Assembly (NCBI GenBank): GCA_965178125.1
Contig: OZ237744.1
Span: forward strand, 744,001 to 808,000
Direction: 5' to 3'
Source of the DNA: Bilabrum cf. latius
Lineage: Eukaryota
Length of the DNA: 64,000 nucleotides
How positions within the stretch are numbered: position 1 is the first letter of the stretch; each line of letters starts with the position of its first letter. Shown piece after piece: positions 1-12,600 of this stretch. Below the pieces are notes generated by a model. That model made no database searches and had not been told where the DNA came from. It saw only the letters and a list, made by a program, of their open reading frames with translations. The position numbers and the translations under genes are program-made.

Positions 1-2223
1 ACGACGCAGCCTCCTCCTCAGCAGCTGCCTTGCTCGCCGCCTCCTCAGCCCCGTACACCTCCTCGGAGAAATCCTTGTACAGCTTCACGACCTTGCCCAC
101 GCCCTTGGCCCGCCCCTCGCGGAACAAAAGAGGCGACTCCAGCGTGATGAACTGAGGAGCGTACATGAACTGGCACCTCACAATGGCCTTGTCGCCAGTG
201 CGCAACCTCTCCAGCAGCTTCCCAGTCTTCCGGTGCCGGATGCTGAGAATGCGAGCCGACTGTGTCACCACACCGATGTGCATGATGGGCGCGTAGCCCA
301 CCGTCAGCGTGGTCTGGTGGTGCAGGATGTGCACCTCGGCGTCGAACCCCCAGTACGCCGTGGGCTTCAGCCCGGGATCTGCCAGCGCCATGCCCCTCTT
401 CACCCAGGGCCTGCGCTTGTCAGTGGCCCCCTTGCCCTTGATGCGGATGGCGAAGGCGGCGGACCCGCCTGCGGTGGCACGATCCACGGGAGTGTACTGC
501 ACATGGATCGACCGCACCACCACGGGGACGAACTCGCCGCGCCGATCGGGACCGAGCAGGATCGTCTGGCCGGACTTCACGGATCCCTGCACTACGGTCC
601 CGGCCACGACTGTGCCCACGCCCGGCACATTGAACACAGAGTCGATGATCACCATGCCAGGACCGTCCGATTTCACCATTCGCATGTGCCCGGCGAGTGG
701 CGCCGCCGCCCCCGCAGCCCCCTCGGATCCCGCACCCGCGCCCTCTCCCTCCGCACCACTGCCCGAGCTCGCACCGGCCTTCGAAGCCTTCCCTCCTCCA
801 GCAGCATCGGTCCCAGCTCCAGCATCCGCCGCGTCCTCAGCCGCCATGGACTTGCCCCCGCCGGCACCGTCTGCCTTCCCCTCCCCCGCCCCCACATCAA
901 CCGAGCCGGTGCTGGCGGACGGGTCCGCAGCAGCCAACGCTGCCGCTTTGCCCCCCCCTGCCGCGACGGCCTCCTCGGCGGTATCGGTGTCGAGAGCCGC
1001 CCCTGCAACAGCCCCGGCGGTGGCCGAGACTCTGGGCTGCAGCGCACGAAGGAGCGAGCGCAGTGCATCGAGCCCCTGCCCCGTCACGTTGGACACGATG
1101 GCCACGGGTGCCAGCCTGCCCCCAAACACCCCGCTGGCTGCCTTGCCCACCTACTCCTCCTTGCGCACCAGGTAGGGCATGCGCTTCGCGGCTCGGAGGG
1201 TCTTCTGGATCTGCTGCACCGTTTTCTTGAACACGGCAGGAGGCGCGATGTCCACCTTGGTGACCACGACGATGAGGGGGATTTTGAGTGCCGCCGCGAT
1301 GCCGATGTGCTCCCTGGTCATGCGGGACACTCCCATGTTGGCCCCCACCACCACCAGGCAGTAGTCGGGCAGCATCCCGGTCAGCCCAAATATGGTTGTC
1401 TTCAGATACTTCTCGTGACCGCACAGATCGATTAGCGTGATGCGCTTGTCAGCCTTAGAGTGCACCGTCTGCCACTGCCGCGCCCGAGGTGCCTTGATGT
1501 CTACCGCAACCTGCCCTTTTCCACTAAACCCCTGCGGACATCAATCAACCAAATCAGACTAAGCAGGGACCCATTCTCTCGCTTGTCAGCCGAGTTGGCG
1601 ACGAAAAGCCGAGGTGGCAAGAAAAGTTAGCAACTCCAAACAAGCTTGAGCGCCCGATTACCGGTGCATGCAGTGCGCACTGCCAACAAACGATGAAACA
1701 GGCATTGTTCCAGCAAATCCTTACCATAACCTCGGTGGCGACCGACGATGTTCTTCCGTTCTCAGCCTCGTGTCTATGCCTGAATACCATCGACCGAGCT
1801 TTGCCGCGGCCATCGTCAAGCATATTCCTAGTTAGCACGCCAACTATGCTTGACTTTCCAGAATCTACATTCCCAATCATTGCAATCCGGATGTCAGACC
1901 TGCAAGGAGCACAAAGCAAAACATAGCGCAGGAACCGCTACAGCTGTCGGAACACGCCGCCGATGCGCACACATCCACGACAATTTGAGAGGATCTTAGC
2001 CCAGCAATTATAATAACACGATGAATTTCATAGGATTGAGCGGCTGTTGCACCAAAAAATGTTTGCAAAAGTGAAGCAGCAGGTCTGCTGGTGTCGAACA
2101 CGGATTGCGATGCCCTCACTTCGCCGGGGTCTCAGGGGCCTCCCCGCCGGATCCCACGCCACCAGCCGCGACAGACACCCCTGATTTTGCTATGCTTCCG
2201 CCGTCTAGTCTCGAAGAAGACAT
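1..2223 (-). CDS. GTPBP1/GTPBP2-like translational GTPase, 3 exons (2223-2120, 1899-1725, 1531-<1); 3' end runs off the window
   Basis: P-loop [37 protein letters not shown]3 [14 protein letters not shown]4 [15 protein letters not shown], then EF-Tu-like domains II/III ([34 protein letters not shown]). Two GT-AG introns join in frame. One in-frame TAG at 1151-1153 is followed by conserved sequence. Confidence 0.92.
1532..1724 (-). other. Spliceosomal intron 2 of the GTPBP-like gene (193 nt)
   Basis: GTAAGG...CCGCAG; removal restores the family-typical [12 protein letters not shown]. Confidence 0.9.
1900..2119 (-). other. Spliceosomal intron 1 of the GTPBP-like gene (220 nt)
   Basis: GTGAGG...TTGCAG; splicing gives AA|G (Lys) and joins ATG 2223 in frame to SDIRIAMIG. 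Confidence 0.75.
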
Positions 2224-2333
2224 GGATATATGACTGCGACAGCAGCGGCGCAACCCCGAATTCCGGAACCGACATTCACAAAACCGGAACAACTCGGCTC
2301 AACAACAACAATCAATAATTTCGTCTTGTTGCC

Positions 2334-3724
2334 ATGGCAGGAGCAGGGATGAGAGACTGGGAGTGGTAGGAAGAAAAACACAGTGATTGGGCTTTAGCAT
2401 ACCTGAGGAGAGGTCTTCTTCAGGTCAGAGCACGAACGGCTGGGTACTCTGTCTCAATTGTCAAGATTGGCCAAATGCAGGCTGATGTGAGAGTATTTGA
2501 AAGGTTGGGCTCGTCGTCAGGATTTGCATTAGAATTTTTAATGTTGCAACGTTCTTGACACTGCTGCCCGCTATCGCAACGAACGGCTCCGTGCATGTGT
2601 ACTGATGTTACTCTCTGGCGCGTTCCTCTCAGGCGACCACATCAATTCGGAAGGGCAGGCAAATTGCAATGTTCACAGCATCTGCAAAGGCGCTGTGGGC
2701 ATCTGTCAAGGAAGGGGAATCGAAGGCTACCATTGGGGGCATGGTGCGCTTCGAGGACGCGACGCAGGACGACACGGATGACGCTGAGGTTGTCACCGAG
2801 CAGCTGGCTCCCAAGGTCGCTGAATCAACCGGCCTGAAGTGGGACCCGCACGTAGCCAACAAGGTTGAAGAATTGCTAGCACCAAAGATCTACGAAGTGC
2901 TCGGGGGGCTCTTCAAGTCCCTCAAGAAGCGCGCTGCTGCAGTAGGGGGAGGGGGAGGGGGAGGGCACTCGTCGTCCGAAGCAGCCTCCTCAGCAGTGGC
3001 AGGAGGAGCGGCTGCAGACAGCGAGTAGGGAACATCAGAGGCACCCAGCTCTACCAGTGGAGCAGCAGGATCTGCCACTGACGTTGATGTGGCGCCTGTT
3101 CTTGAGCCCAAAATGGAGCACACGCAGGAGGGGGCTGCCTCTGCAAGTCACCGGGGAGGCAGCACGAGCGATAGCGCGGCAAGCTCGGCAGCCGCTGATC
3201 CTTCGAAAGCAGTGCCTGCTGCTGCCAAAGGTGCGAGCGAGGACGCGGCTGCAGCTGGTGGAGATGTAGACGGGGAAGCGGAAGGCGGGGCTACCTCTTT
3301 CGAATGGGAAGAGACGCCTCTGTCCGACTGGGCGAGGGCACGGCTTTCCGCGCTTCTCAAAGAGGTCGAGGTGGAGCTGCCTGGCTTGGCTGCACAGATC
3401 GTGGAGGTAGATTCAGTCAAGGGAGAGGCCGGTCTCTCTCGCGGGAGGGGCAAGAGCGTTCTGTTCTACGAGCTGGCGATCAAGGGAAAGTGGGACGCTG
3501 AGGAGGTTGACGACGAGGGCGAGGTGCTGAGGACAGGGGACGGGGAGTTCAAGGTGGGGCAGTTCGACCACGACTCGGAGCCGGAAAGCATCGGCATCGA
3601 GGTGATCCCGGCAGAGGACGGCGGGTCCGTGGACCGCGAGCTATGTGCGAGGGTCAAGGGCGAGGTAGTCGACGGGATCCGGCAGGCGATCTCCCAGTTC
3701 AGGTTGGAGATTGCAGCAAAGTAA
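2334..3724 (+). CDS. Hsp90 co-chaperone Aha1/Hch1-like protein with two Aha1 N-terminal-type domains (~414 aa; exons 2334-2486, 2633-3724)
   Basis: Domain 1: WEW(TAG)EEKHSDWA...A|TTSIRKGRQIAMF. Domain 2: FEWEETPLSDWARARL...KGEAGLSRGRGKSVLFYELAIKGKW. Intron 2487-2632 (GTGAGA...CTCAG). In-frame TAG at 2367 and 3026; ends TAA. Confidence 0.8.
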
Positions 3725-4056
3725 CTTGTTGACTGCAAAGGCTCGCTGCTGCACAGGTTGACCTGCAAGTATTGCATCACCGTGCAGCCTTGTTCACGCC
3801 GTCTCAGCACCCCCTCAGCTCACCTTGCAATGCCTCACCTTGCCCTGCTGCATGCATACTCGCGGCGTGCGGTGCGCACTCGTCACGCGCAACTCCAGCA
3901 ACGACCGGATCTCAGGTGACGGAACATTTCAACTGTCCTGCTCGGCAGGAACACGATTTAATCGAACCAAGACGGCTGGATTGCGTATATAAGCTATAGT
4001 TTGATTCTGGCGTGCCCGGGCGTGCTTGTACCACCAGTCCGTGGTTGCATCAGCCG

Positions 4057-7000
4057 ATGTACAAGTACAAGAAGGTCAAGCTTTTGGGAAAGGGTGGCTT
4101 CGGCGCGGCTATTCTGGTTCAGTCCCGAGAAGACCGGCGAAAACAGCTCGTCATCAAAGAGGTCAAGATCAGTGCACTGAGCAAGAAGGAAGTAGACGAT
4201 GCCAAGCGTGAAGCCGCATTTCTTAAGGAGCTCAAGCACCAGAACATCGTCTCATACATTGAAAGTTTCGTCGATAAAGCTGCCGGCAAGCTTTGCATCG
4301 TGATGGACTTTGCGGACGGTGGCGATCTGCACCAGCTTCTTGAGAAAGTTCGGAAACGCAAGCGAGCACCGCTTGACGAGGACGAGGTGATGTCGTATTT
4401 TGTGCAGTGCTGCCTTGCAGTCAGGCACATCCACGACCGCAGGATCATTCATCGAGATCTAAAGAGCTAGAACGTGTTTCTGACGAAGCGAGGGATCATC
4501 AAACTGGGCGACTTTGGGATCGCAGCGAAGCTAGCTCACACGAACGCAATGCAGCGGACGCAGATCGGCACCCCGCTCTACCTGTCTCCGGAGCTGTGCG
4601 CCGAGAAGCCCTACAGCAGAAGTACAGATGTGTGGTCCCTCGGCTGCGTTCTATACGAAATGATGGCCCTCCGCGTGCCCTTCCAGGCGCAGTCCCTGCC
4701 GGCACTCGTCAACAAAATCATGCGGGGCTCGTACCCGCGCCCGCCCGCCCGCTTCTCGGGGGACTGCCACGCGCTCGTGGCATCCATGCTGTAGAAGGAC
4801 CCCAAGCGCAGGCCCAGCATCCATGATGTGCTAGCCCAGCCAATCGTCATGAAGCACATGGAGGCCCTTCAAGCCGCGCTCATGCGGAGGGCTCCGGGCG
4901 AGAACGTGCCATCGCACACGATGAAGCGACCGGCCGCAGCACCCGCCGAGAAAGTTCCCCGGCCCATTGCTGCCGCCGCAGCTGCCGCTAAACCATCCCC
5001 TTCTGATGCCGAGCGCAGGGCGGCGCTGGCCAGGAGGCAGGCAGCGGCCGATGCCGTAGCCGTCCAAGCCCAGAGGGAGGCCCAGAGAAAAGCCGACCAG
5101 CGCAAAGCTCAGGTGGAGGCCTTCGCGGCGCGGGCGGCGGCGGAGGTGCAGGCCCAGGCAGCGGTGCAGGCCCGCTTGGATCGAGAGAGGGATGCAAGGC
5201 GACAGGCGAAGGCTCGGGAGAAGGCCGAACGGGACGCTGCCAAGCGCAGGAGGATCGCAGCCCGAGCGCAGGCCGAGCGGGAGCGCCGGCGCGCAATGCG
5301 GGAGGACCAAGCCAGGGCCGCGCAGGAGAAGGCCCAGGTGGCTGCCGTCAAGATGCAGGCGAAGGAGCGCGAGGTTGCCAAAGAGCAGCTGAAGCAATGG
5401 GTGCAGCGGGAGAAGGAGAGGGAGAAGGAACTGGAGGCTGCGGCTGCCAAGCGGAACGAAGAGTACGCGAGGCGAAGAGCACAGGCACAGGCAGCCGAGG
5501 AGGCCAGAGCGGCCCGGCTCGAGCTGGAGGCCAAGGAGGCGGTCAAGGCGGCACGGGAGGCGGAGAACAGGCACAAGGAGCTGCAGGCCAGGGCCGCCGT
5601 CTAGGCAGCGGCAGAACGAGCTGCTGTCATGCCAGCCGGCGGTGGGGCGTATCGCGCCGCTCCCGGAGGAGCACAAGTCCCCTCCCCTGCCGAGCAGGCC
5701 AAGGAGGCCTTGGCCAGGGACCGCCGCCGGGTGGATGCGTAGGCGAGGGCGGACGCGGCTGCCAAGCAGCAGTTCGTGGACGCGTACTGGGAGAACAGGC
5801 ACATGCGGGAGCGGATCAAGCAGAGGGTCGAAGCGCAGCTGGGTCGGGGAGCCGGGGCAGCGGCGGCGGCTCGCGCGGGTGGTCCTTCCCCTTCGCCTGT
5901 TCTCGAGGTGGGGCCAGCGGCGGGCCGACCGGGACACGGCCGGAGCGAGAGCAGCGGAGAGGACCGACGGGATGCGGTCAAGAAGGCTGCCGAAGATAGA
6001 AAGAAGGCAGAGCAGGAAGCATACGAAGCTCGCCTGCGAGAGGCACACCTGCAGGCACAGCGAGACAGGCTCAGGCTGCAGCAGCAGAAGCTCCGTGCGG
6101 CGGAGGAGGGCAGCGCGCCGGAGCGAAGTCCCGCCGTGGTCGACGATCTGCCGCACGCACGGTCCCACGACGCGGCTCCCAGCAGCGGATCGCCCAGCGG
6201 ATCCCCGGACCCCAGCCTGAGTTCTGGGCCGTCGGAGTCGTCCCTTGACAGCGTGCGGGCGAGGAAGAAGGCGGAGCGCGAGCTGGCCCGCAGGAGAGAA
6301 GAGGCCCTCCTCGCCGAGGAGAGGCTGAGGCTGCACCAGGAGCGCAAGATGCTGCGGCTACGAATGCAGCAGCTTGCGCAGCATTATGAGGAGGACGAAG
6401 GTGGCGAGGATGAGCCGGAGCCGCAGGGTTCGGACGATCCAAGCGACTAGAATGAGGGACAGCCTCGCGAGCCCAGCCGAGAAGCTCGCAGTGCAGAGCC
6501 GGAAGGGGCAGGCGAGGGCAAGGGTGCAGACAGCGACGATGAAGAGGGGGAGCAGCCCGCGCGAGAGCGTGCGCGGTCCAGCCCGCCGTCCGATGCCGCG
6601 GGTCCGCTCCCAGTTAGGAAGGATTCGGCAGGCGCAGGCTCTCAGGCGGACAGCGGAGACGACGAGGAGCTTTTGGAAGAGTTCCGCGGAGAGAAACCGG
6701 GGGAAGATGGCATGGGTGCGTTGCAAAGGGCAGCCATGCGAAGGATGAAAAAAGCCAGGTCGTCAGGCCGCATCGTAAAGAAGGGAAGCAAGGCCAGGAA
6801 GGGAAGCTCCAAGGAGGGCTCGGGCTCCAGGACGCCCAAAGGATCGGAGAGGCCAGCAGGGAGAGACAGCAGCAGGACGCCCTAGGCTGGTGATGGTGGC
6901 ATCCGGGTGCCCTCCTCGGCTTCTGGCTCGAGGTCCTCTTCGCGCAGTCGGCGCGAGCACCCGGATCGCCGCGCCAAGAGCGACAGGAAGCCACCTCGCG

Positions 7001-8547
7001 TGGCCGCTGGCATTGCCTCCCGCTCTCGCAGAGCGGCCGAGTCTTCAGGGCGTGTCTCGCGTCCAGACGGCGAGATTCCCCCGTGGAAGGCGAAGTCCAA
7101 GCGATCTGCCGGGCGTCAGCCCGGTCTTGAGGGCATGGCCACCGCTGCAATGCCAGGCAACACGCAGGTGAGGCAGGCGCTGCGGCAGGTGCGCGGGGCT
7201 CTGCGCGACGTGCGGGCCGGGAGCGGAGACTCGCCTTCCCCCAAGCCCCCGGCATCGTCGGGGGCAGGTGCTGCCACGCCGAGCGAAGAATCAGCGCCCG
7301 CTGGCAGGGCTGGACGAGACGACAGGAATTCTCCCGCTGATGATGACCTAGATTAGAGCGAGGTGGCTGAGGTGGATGACGCCGAAGAGGAGGAGGAGCT
7401 GGTGGAGCACGAAGTCGACGCAGGTGACATGGGTGACGACCTCATGGTGGCGCTGGCGCAGGCTAGGCGGAGGCGCCTGGAGAAGAGGGACGGTGCGGAG
7501 GTGGACACACCTGCCCCTGGCGACAAAATCGACGAGGCGGACGATGAGGGAGAGGGAGAGGACGAGGAGCAGTACGACAGCTCAGCGGGCGGCACGGGCA
7601 AGAGCGTAGGGTTTAGCGGACCCGCGTCTGCCGTGCTGGCTGCAGGTGGCGAGGCCGTTTAGGCGCTGCCTTCCCCGCAGATAGCGCGCCCCAGCCAAGG
7701 CGTGGCCACTGGCGCAGAGAGCAGGCGACGGGTCGGCGCTGGGACTGGCTTCGCGGCATCGACCGCCGGATCAGGAGGCAGGTCTTCGTCGGGTGGCAGC
7801 GGGTCTGGATACGTGTACGAGGAGGACTCCGAGTCCAGCGATGACGATGAAGGGCAGGAGGGGGACGACGAGCAGAGGCAGGCTGACAGCCAGGGTCATG
7901 GTGGTGGCGGAAGCGACAGCGGCGGCCGGCAGAGCCGAGGCTTTGGGAAGGTGACGATCCGGCTGGGCATCTAGGCCGCAATCGAAGCTGAAACCAGGAA
8001 ACGAGTTGCTGCAAAAGGATGCGCAGATGAAGGCGAGGTAGGACTGCCGCAGCAGTCGGGCCAGCCTCGAGGGGCGGACGGGTCATCATCGTCAGACGCA
8101 GGACGGCCAGGAGCTATCCGCGCCCCTGGACAAGGTCGCAGCCGGTCCGAAGCAAGCTCTGCGGCCGATGAGACTCCGAGCAGCCAGGGCGCGCAAGAGT
8201 GGATCCCTGGGCTCGTGCTTCCTCCCGAGTTGCTGGACTAGCTTGGCCCGTCGCCAGCAGCTAGTCGGGCTTCGAGCGATGGAGGTGCCGCAAGCACCCC
8301 TGCTAGTGACGGTTCTGGCGGGGCTAGTGCAGAGCTTGAGCGCCTTCGAGTGGGTTTGGGGCAGTATCTTGGTGAAGAGGTGTTCTTGCGCGCATACAAT
8401 GCGTCGCGGCGGTCCGCAGACAAGCAGGAGAGCGACAGCCTCGCGTTACAGAGGCTGGAGCGAGCGTTCAGAGGGGACCACGGCACTGCAGAGTACTTTC
8501 AGCCGTTTCTAAAGGCCTTGATTCGCTGCGAAGATCAATACTTGTGA
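4057..8547 (+). CDS. NIMA-related Ser/Thr kinase, NEK1-like (~1496 aa, intronless, 10 in-frame TAG)
   Basis: LGKGGFG, VIKEV, HRDLKS(TAG)NVFL, KLGDFGIA, IGTPLYLSPE, DVWSLGC, ML(TAG)KDPKRRPS, then coiled-coil/low-complexity tail and a NEK1-like C-terminus (LERLRVGLGQYLGEEVFLRAY...LIRCEDQYL). TAG at 4468, 4792, 5602, 5740, 6448, 6883, 7354, 7660, 7972, 8239, all one frame; ends TGA. Confidence 0.93.
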
Positions 8548-8588
8548 AGCGTTTGTTTGGAGTACATTCGAATCTCATCTATTCAGCC

Positions 8589-9389
8589 TCACGACAAGTC
8601 TGCTGTGGACGATTCCACTGGACCCGGCGGACCTTCAGGCTCGAAAATCTTGCTTGGTGGGAACCTCTGCTGGACTCTACGTTTCCGTGTTACCCTCCAC
8701 TCCGCATCAGAGACGCCCCGTCCTTGTGGCACATCGAATTGAGACGGTGTTATGAATGCAGAGGCAGCTGGCCCCTCAAGTGTTCGCGTCCCAATCCCCA
8801 CGTACGAATAATGCAGCGCATGGGTACCCTCCAGCTTAGTTGGGGACCACATTGCCGGGCTGAGCCTGATACTGTCCTTTCTTTTCTGGCCCGGGGATTG
8901 ATTCTCGCCAACAACCTGTCGATCGGTGGGGCACATCGTCGGCAGGCCTTGACTTTTCAGCCGAACTTTGACCTGCAGCGACGGCTTCCGGGGTATTTCC
9001 CAGCTGGCTACGCTGGATTTTTGCTAGAGTTGCTGGGTAGCCAGAGTCTGCCTCTTGTAGCCTCGTCGGAGTGCAACCGCAGCCTCACTGTCAACAGCAG
9101 CAACCACACGCTGCTGCGTTGGAACATATATATCTCGATGCCAACGTTCATGCAACATTTCCTTTTTTGCCGTTCGTTTTGCTACCTGGTCTTGAACAAG
9201 CCGTGTAGCCCTTTCTGTTAGCGAGGTTGGTTCGAGAATCTTCGATAGCCGCTAGTAAAACTCCGCGTGGGCCATGTCGCAGTGAGATTCGTACTCTTTC
9301 ATGGTCGGGATTCTTGCTTTCATCGCAATGCGGTCATACATTGCGTGCCTCTCCTGGATATGAGTCCACTTCCTATCCACACTCTCCAT
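8589..9389 (-). CDS. FAM228-like protein (~266 aa; alternative in-frame ATG at 9518)
   Basis: One frame open from ATG 9389 to TGA 8589 when TAG 9252 and 9024 are read through. KKEMLHERWHRDIYVPTQQRVVAAV resembles the FAM228 core as I recall it (RRKEMLYKRW...PLQKKI). Confidence 0.6.
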
Positions 9390-9655
9390 GTAATCTGAAC
9401 GGACATTACTTCTTCGTGTTCGGACCGGTTTCTGACTTCTTTGCGCGATGATACTTCCCGCCAGCTGCAAAAAATGGTTGTGCGACGAAACACGAATGCT
9501 GTCGTTGCTTTCTAGCATGATGATGTGGGATCTCACAGAGGCGAGCGCTGCCAATACCACCGGCGCCGCGGCTGCCAGTGGGCCCGGTTCCGCAACAACC
9601 CAGCCACCGGTTGTGGTGCTATAGAAATGCACGCAAGGTGCTAACGTGTGTAACG

Positions 9656-12600
9656 ATGTAGATTTGTAGTGATCGTGGTGTTGTGTTTCGGCGCAGGAGG
9701 AGTTCAAGCCGAGCTTTGCTGTTCGGCACGTGTGGAAATCATGTCGAGCACGGTGGAGGATCGCGGGTGCTAGTAGCCGGTTTGCTGAAGCTTTGCCCGT
9801 CCCAAGGCACGCTGTAGGGATACGTAGATGCATTGCACTCGCTAGTAGGGTTGTCAACAGCTCTGCAGATCCGCCTACAAGTAGTCGTCACTGCTGCCCG
9901 TCTATCAAAGGTGCACAGAAGCACAAGAAAGACCTTGGAAGGTTATTTAACGGATGGAACTCAGTCTTGGGTCTTTCATGATGAAAGACGCAACCCACAT
10001 GGGATCGCACCCGCTGTGTCTGTATCGTGCAGCCTTGACCATTGTGCTGGTGGTGCTTCGTTCGAAGATCTCGCGATAGAGTTTTTGGCCCTGGCTTGCT
10101 CTCGCTTGCACTTGTCATCAGAAAGTGCGACAGAATTAACTGATTACCAGGAACTTCTTCTGGCTGCTGGCGATGCAGATCGGTAGAGGTTGCTCCGTGC
10201 GGCCGCGCTCGAGTTTTGCGGTGCCGCCTTGGCGGCCCAACAGACCGTGTGCGGACAACTGGCTGCCAAGGCTAGAATTAAGCCATACGTGCTGCACTGG
10301 CCAGCATCTGCTTGTAAAAATACAACAGTCGCTGCTGAAACGGGACCGAAGGCAGCCGGACCTACTGGTGCAGATTCAATGGCTACCCTCGCGCGAGCTA
10401 GGGATCGCCTGGACTTCGCATAGGGAGATCGCTACACAGAGCACATAGCCGCGGACACTGCGCGCAAAGCTGTGTCGGCGGGTCGACTCGTGCAGGGTGT
10501 GCTGCAGATTGCGACATTCGACCCGGCTGTCGGGACCGTGGATGTGCAGGAAGCGGCACTACCTGCCGCAGTTCGTGCCCAGCTGCAACAGACCGTCTCG
10601 CCACTGGCGGTCGTTTCAGGTAGGACGACCGGAAGGGTCAGCATTCGGGTGCATGGACGGATTATGCAGAATCGCGCCCTTCACGGCGACATGGTGTGCG
10701 TTCTCGTTTTGCAGCAGCAGCAGCAGCAGTAGCAGCAGCAGGGGCAGGGGGTGCCAATGCAGTCTGAACCTTAGAGGGCGACTGCTTCCGGTGGACTGAC
10801 CGGCATCGTCGTTGCGGTGCTGCAACCAGGAAGTCTAAGAGAGAGGTGCGTTGCAACTGTGTTGCCAGATGCCGACAGGCCTCAGACCGGACGGGTCGCC
10901 ACTGCATACCCGATGGACAGGCGGCTGCCACCCGTGCGCCTCAGCGTGCGGGACCGCAGCACCATCGAGGGCTAGAGGCTTGTGGTTGCAATCGATGGCT
11001 GGAAAGCGGACTCCGCGCTCCCAGACGGCCACGTGCTTGCATCGCTAGGTCCCGCCATGGATCGGGACACGGAGGTGCGGTGCATCATGTACAACAACGG
11101 CTTCGAGACTGCGCTGAGACCCTACCCCTAGGCAGCGTTGCGGTGCCTTCCAGTTTTGCCGTCCGGGGTGCGGTGGACGACGGAGCTGGAAGGAATTCGA
11201 CTGGCTGAAATGCCGGCCGTAACCGAAGCGCAAAGACCGTCTGGGCTGTTCGGCCTTCCCCCGATTCCATCTTGCTGCCGAAAGCCCGACGTTCTTGGTC
11301 GGGCGGACTTGCGGGCGCTGCCGTGCTGCTCCATTGACCCACCAGGCTGCAAGGACATTGACGATGCGCTGAGCGTGATGCGGCTAGAGAACGGTAATTT
11401 GAGCGTTGGCGTGCACATCGCAGACGTCACGCACTTTGTAAAGGAGGGCTCCCCGCTGGACGACGAGGCATTCTCCCGGGGTACCACAGTGTATCTCACC
11501 GACAGGAGGCTTGATATGCTTCCCCCGATGTTGTCAACCTACCTATGCTCCTTGCGGGCAAGGACTGACAGATTGGCGATGTCGACCATGTGGGAGCTAA
11601 GAGAAGTAGGGAAGCGCATCGGCCGAGGTTTGGACCACGCCGACGCGGACGACTCGAAGGGCGGTGATTCCTCTCACGATGCCATTCCGGATGGCCCAAT
11701 GTTTGAAATAGTCCCAGAGAGCACATGGTGTGGATTGAGCGTGATTCGTAGCACGCACGCGCTTACCTACGACCAAGCGCAGCGCCTGGCAGATTGTGCT
11801 GCACCCAACGACCCGGCTGGCAATCTCAGCGACAAGGACAGACGCCTCACTGGAATTAAGGGTGATGCATGGCAGAATCTTTCTTTTGTTGCCGAAGAGC
11901 ACGCCAGCAATGGCAAGCATTCTGACAGCGTAGCAGCCGCTGGTTTCGAATACCTTGACCCCGTGGAAGGTGGCGTCTGCGGGGCGCCCGTCCATCCTTC
12001 CGACTGGGAGGACCTGCGACCGCGGATGCAGCAGCTGGTGGACGTGTCTCGGTGGCTTCGTGCCCAGCGTGTCGCGCAAGGTGGCGTGTCATTGTCTGGT
12101 CAAGAGGTGCAGATTGATTTGGGTGACAACAAGCCCGGCGACACGACCGCAGACCCAGTTGGTCTCGAGCATGACGACCACTGCGAGATGCATGAAGTGG
12201 TCGCAGATCTCATGATATTCGCTAACGAGACCGTAGCTAGGGTTTTGTTTTCCCAGAGGCCGTATTCTGCTCTTCTGCGCTGGCATTTGCCTCCGACCAA
12301 GCAAGGTGTTTCGGATGTGGTTCAGCTCGCCAGAGCTGCTGGCTTGGATGACGAGGCTGTGGCGGGTCTGTCAATGCGTAGAATTCTCGGCATGGTGCGA
12401 TCCCGGATGCATGCAGAGTAGCGCCAGGATATGCTAGATCTCGTGTCTGATGTTGCAGCCCGAGCGATGCAGGAGGCCCAGTATGGATCCACTGGTGATG
12501 CCGTCCGGGAAAGCAAAGGGGCAAGCACTGTGGGGACCCTTGTCAAGCGAGCTGCCTCGATCCTGCCAAAGACCCTCAGAGCATCGTCGCAGTCTGCTTT

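Noticed and set aside
2945-2965. (GGGGGA)n G-quadruplex-like run, and (GAT)n/(CTG)n microsatellites at ~51268 and ~52038
   Set aside because: Explained by poly-Gly and poly-Ser coding tracts.
4468-4470. Tiny introns removing each TAG (TAG as a 3' splice site)
   Set aside because: Conserved motifs are colinear across the TAG with exactly one residue needed, and no suitable GT donor keeps the motif intact.
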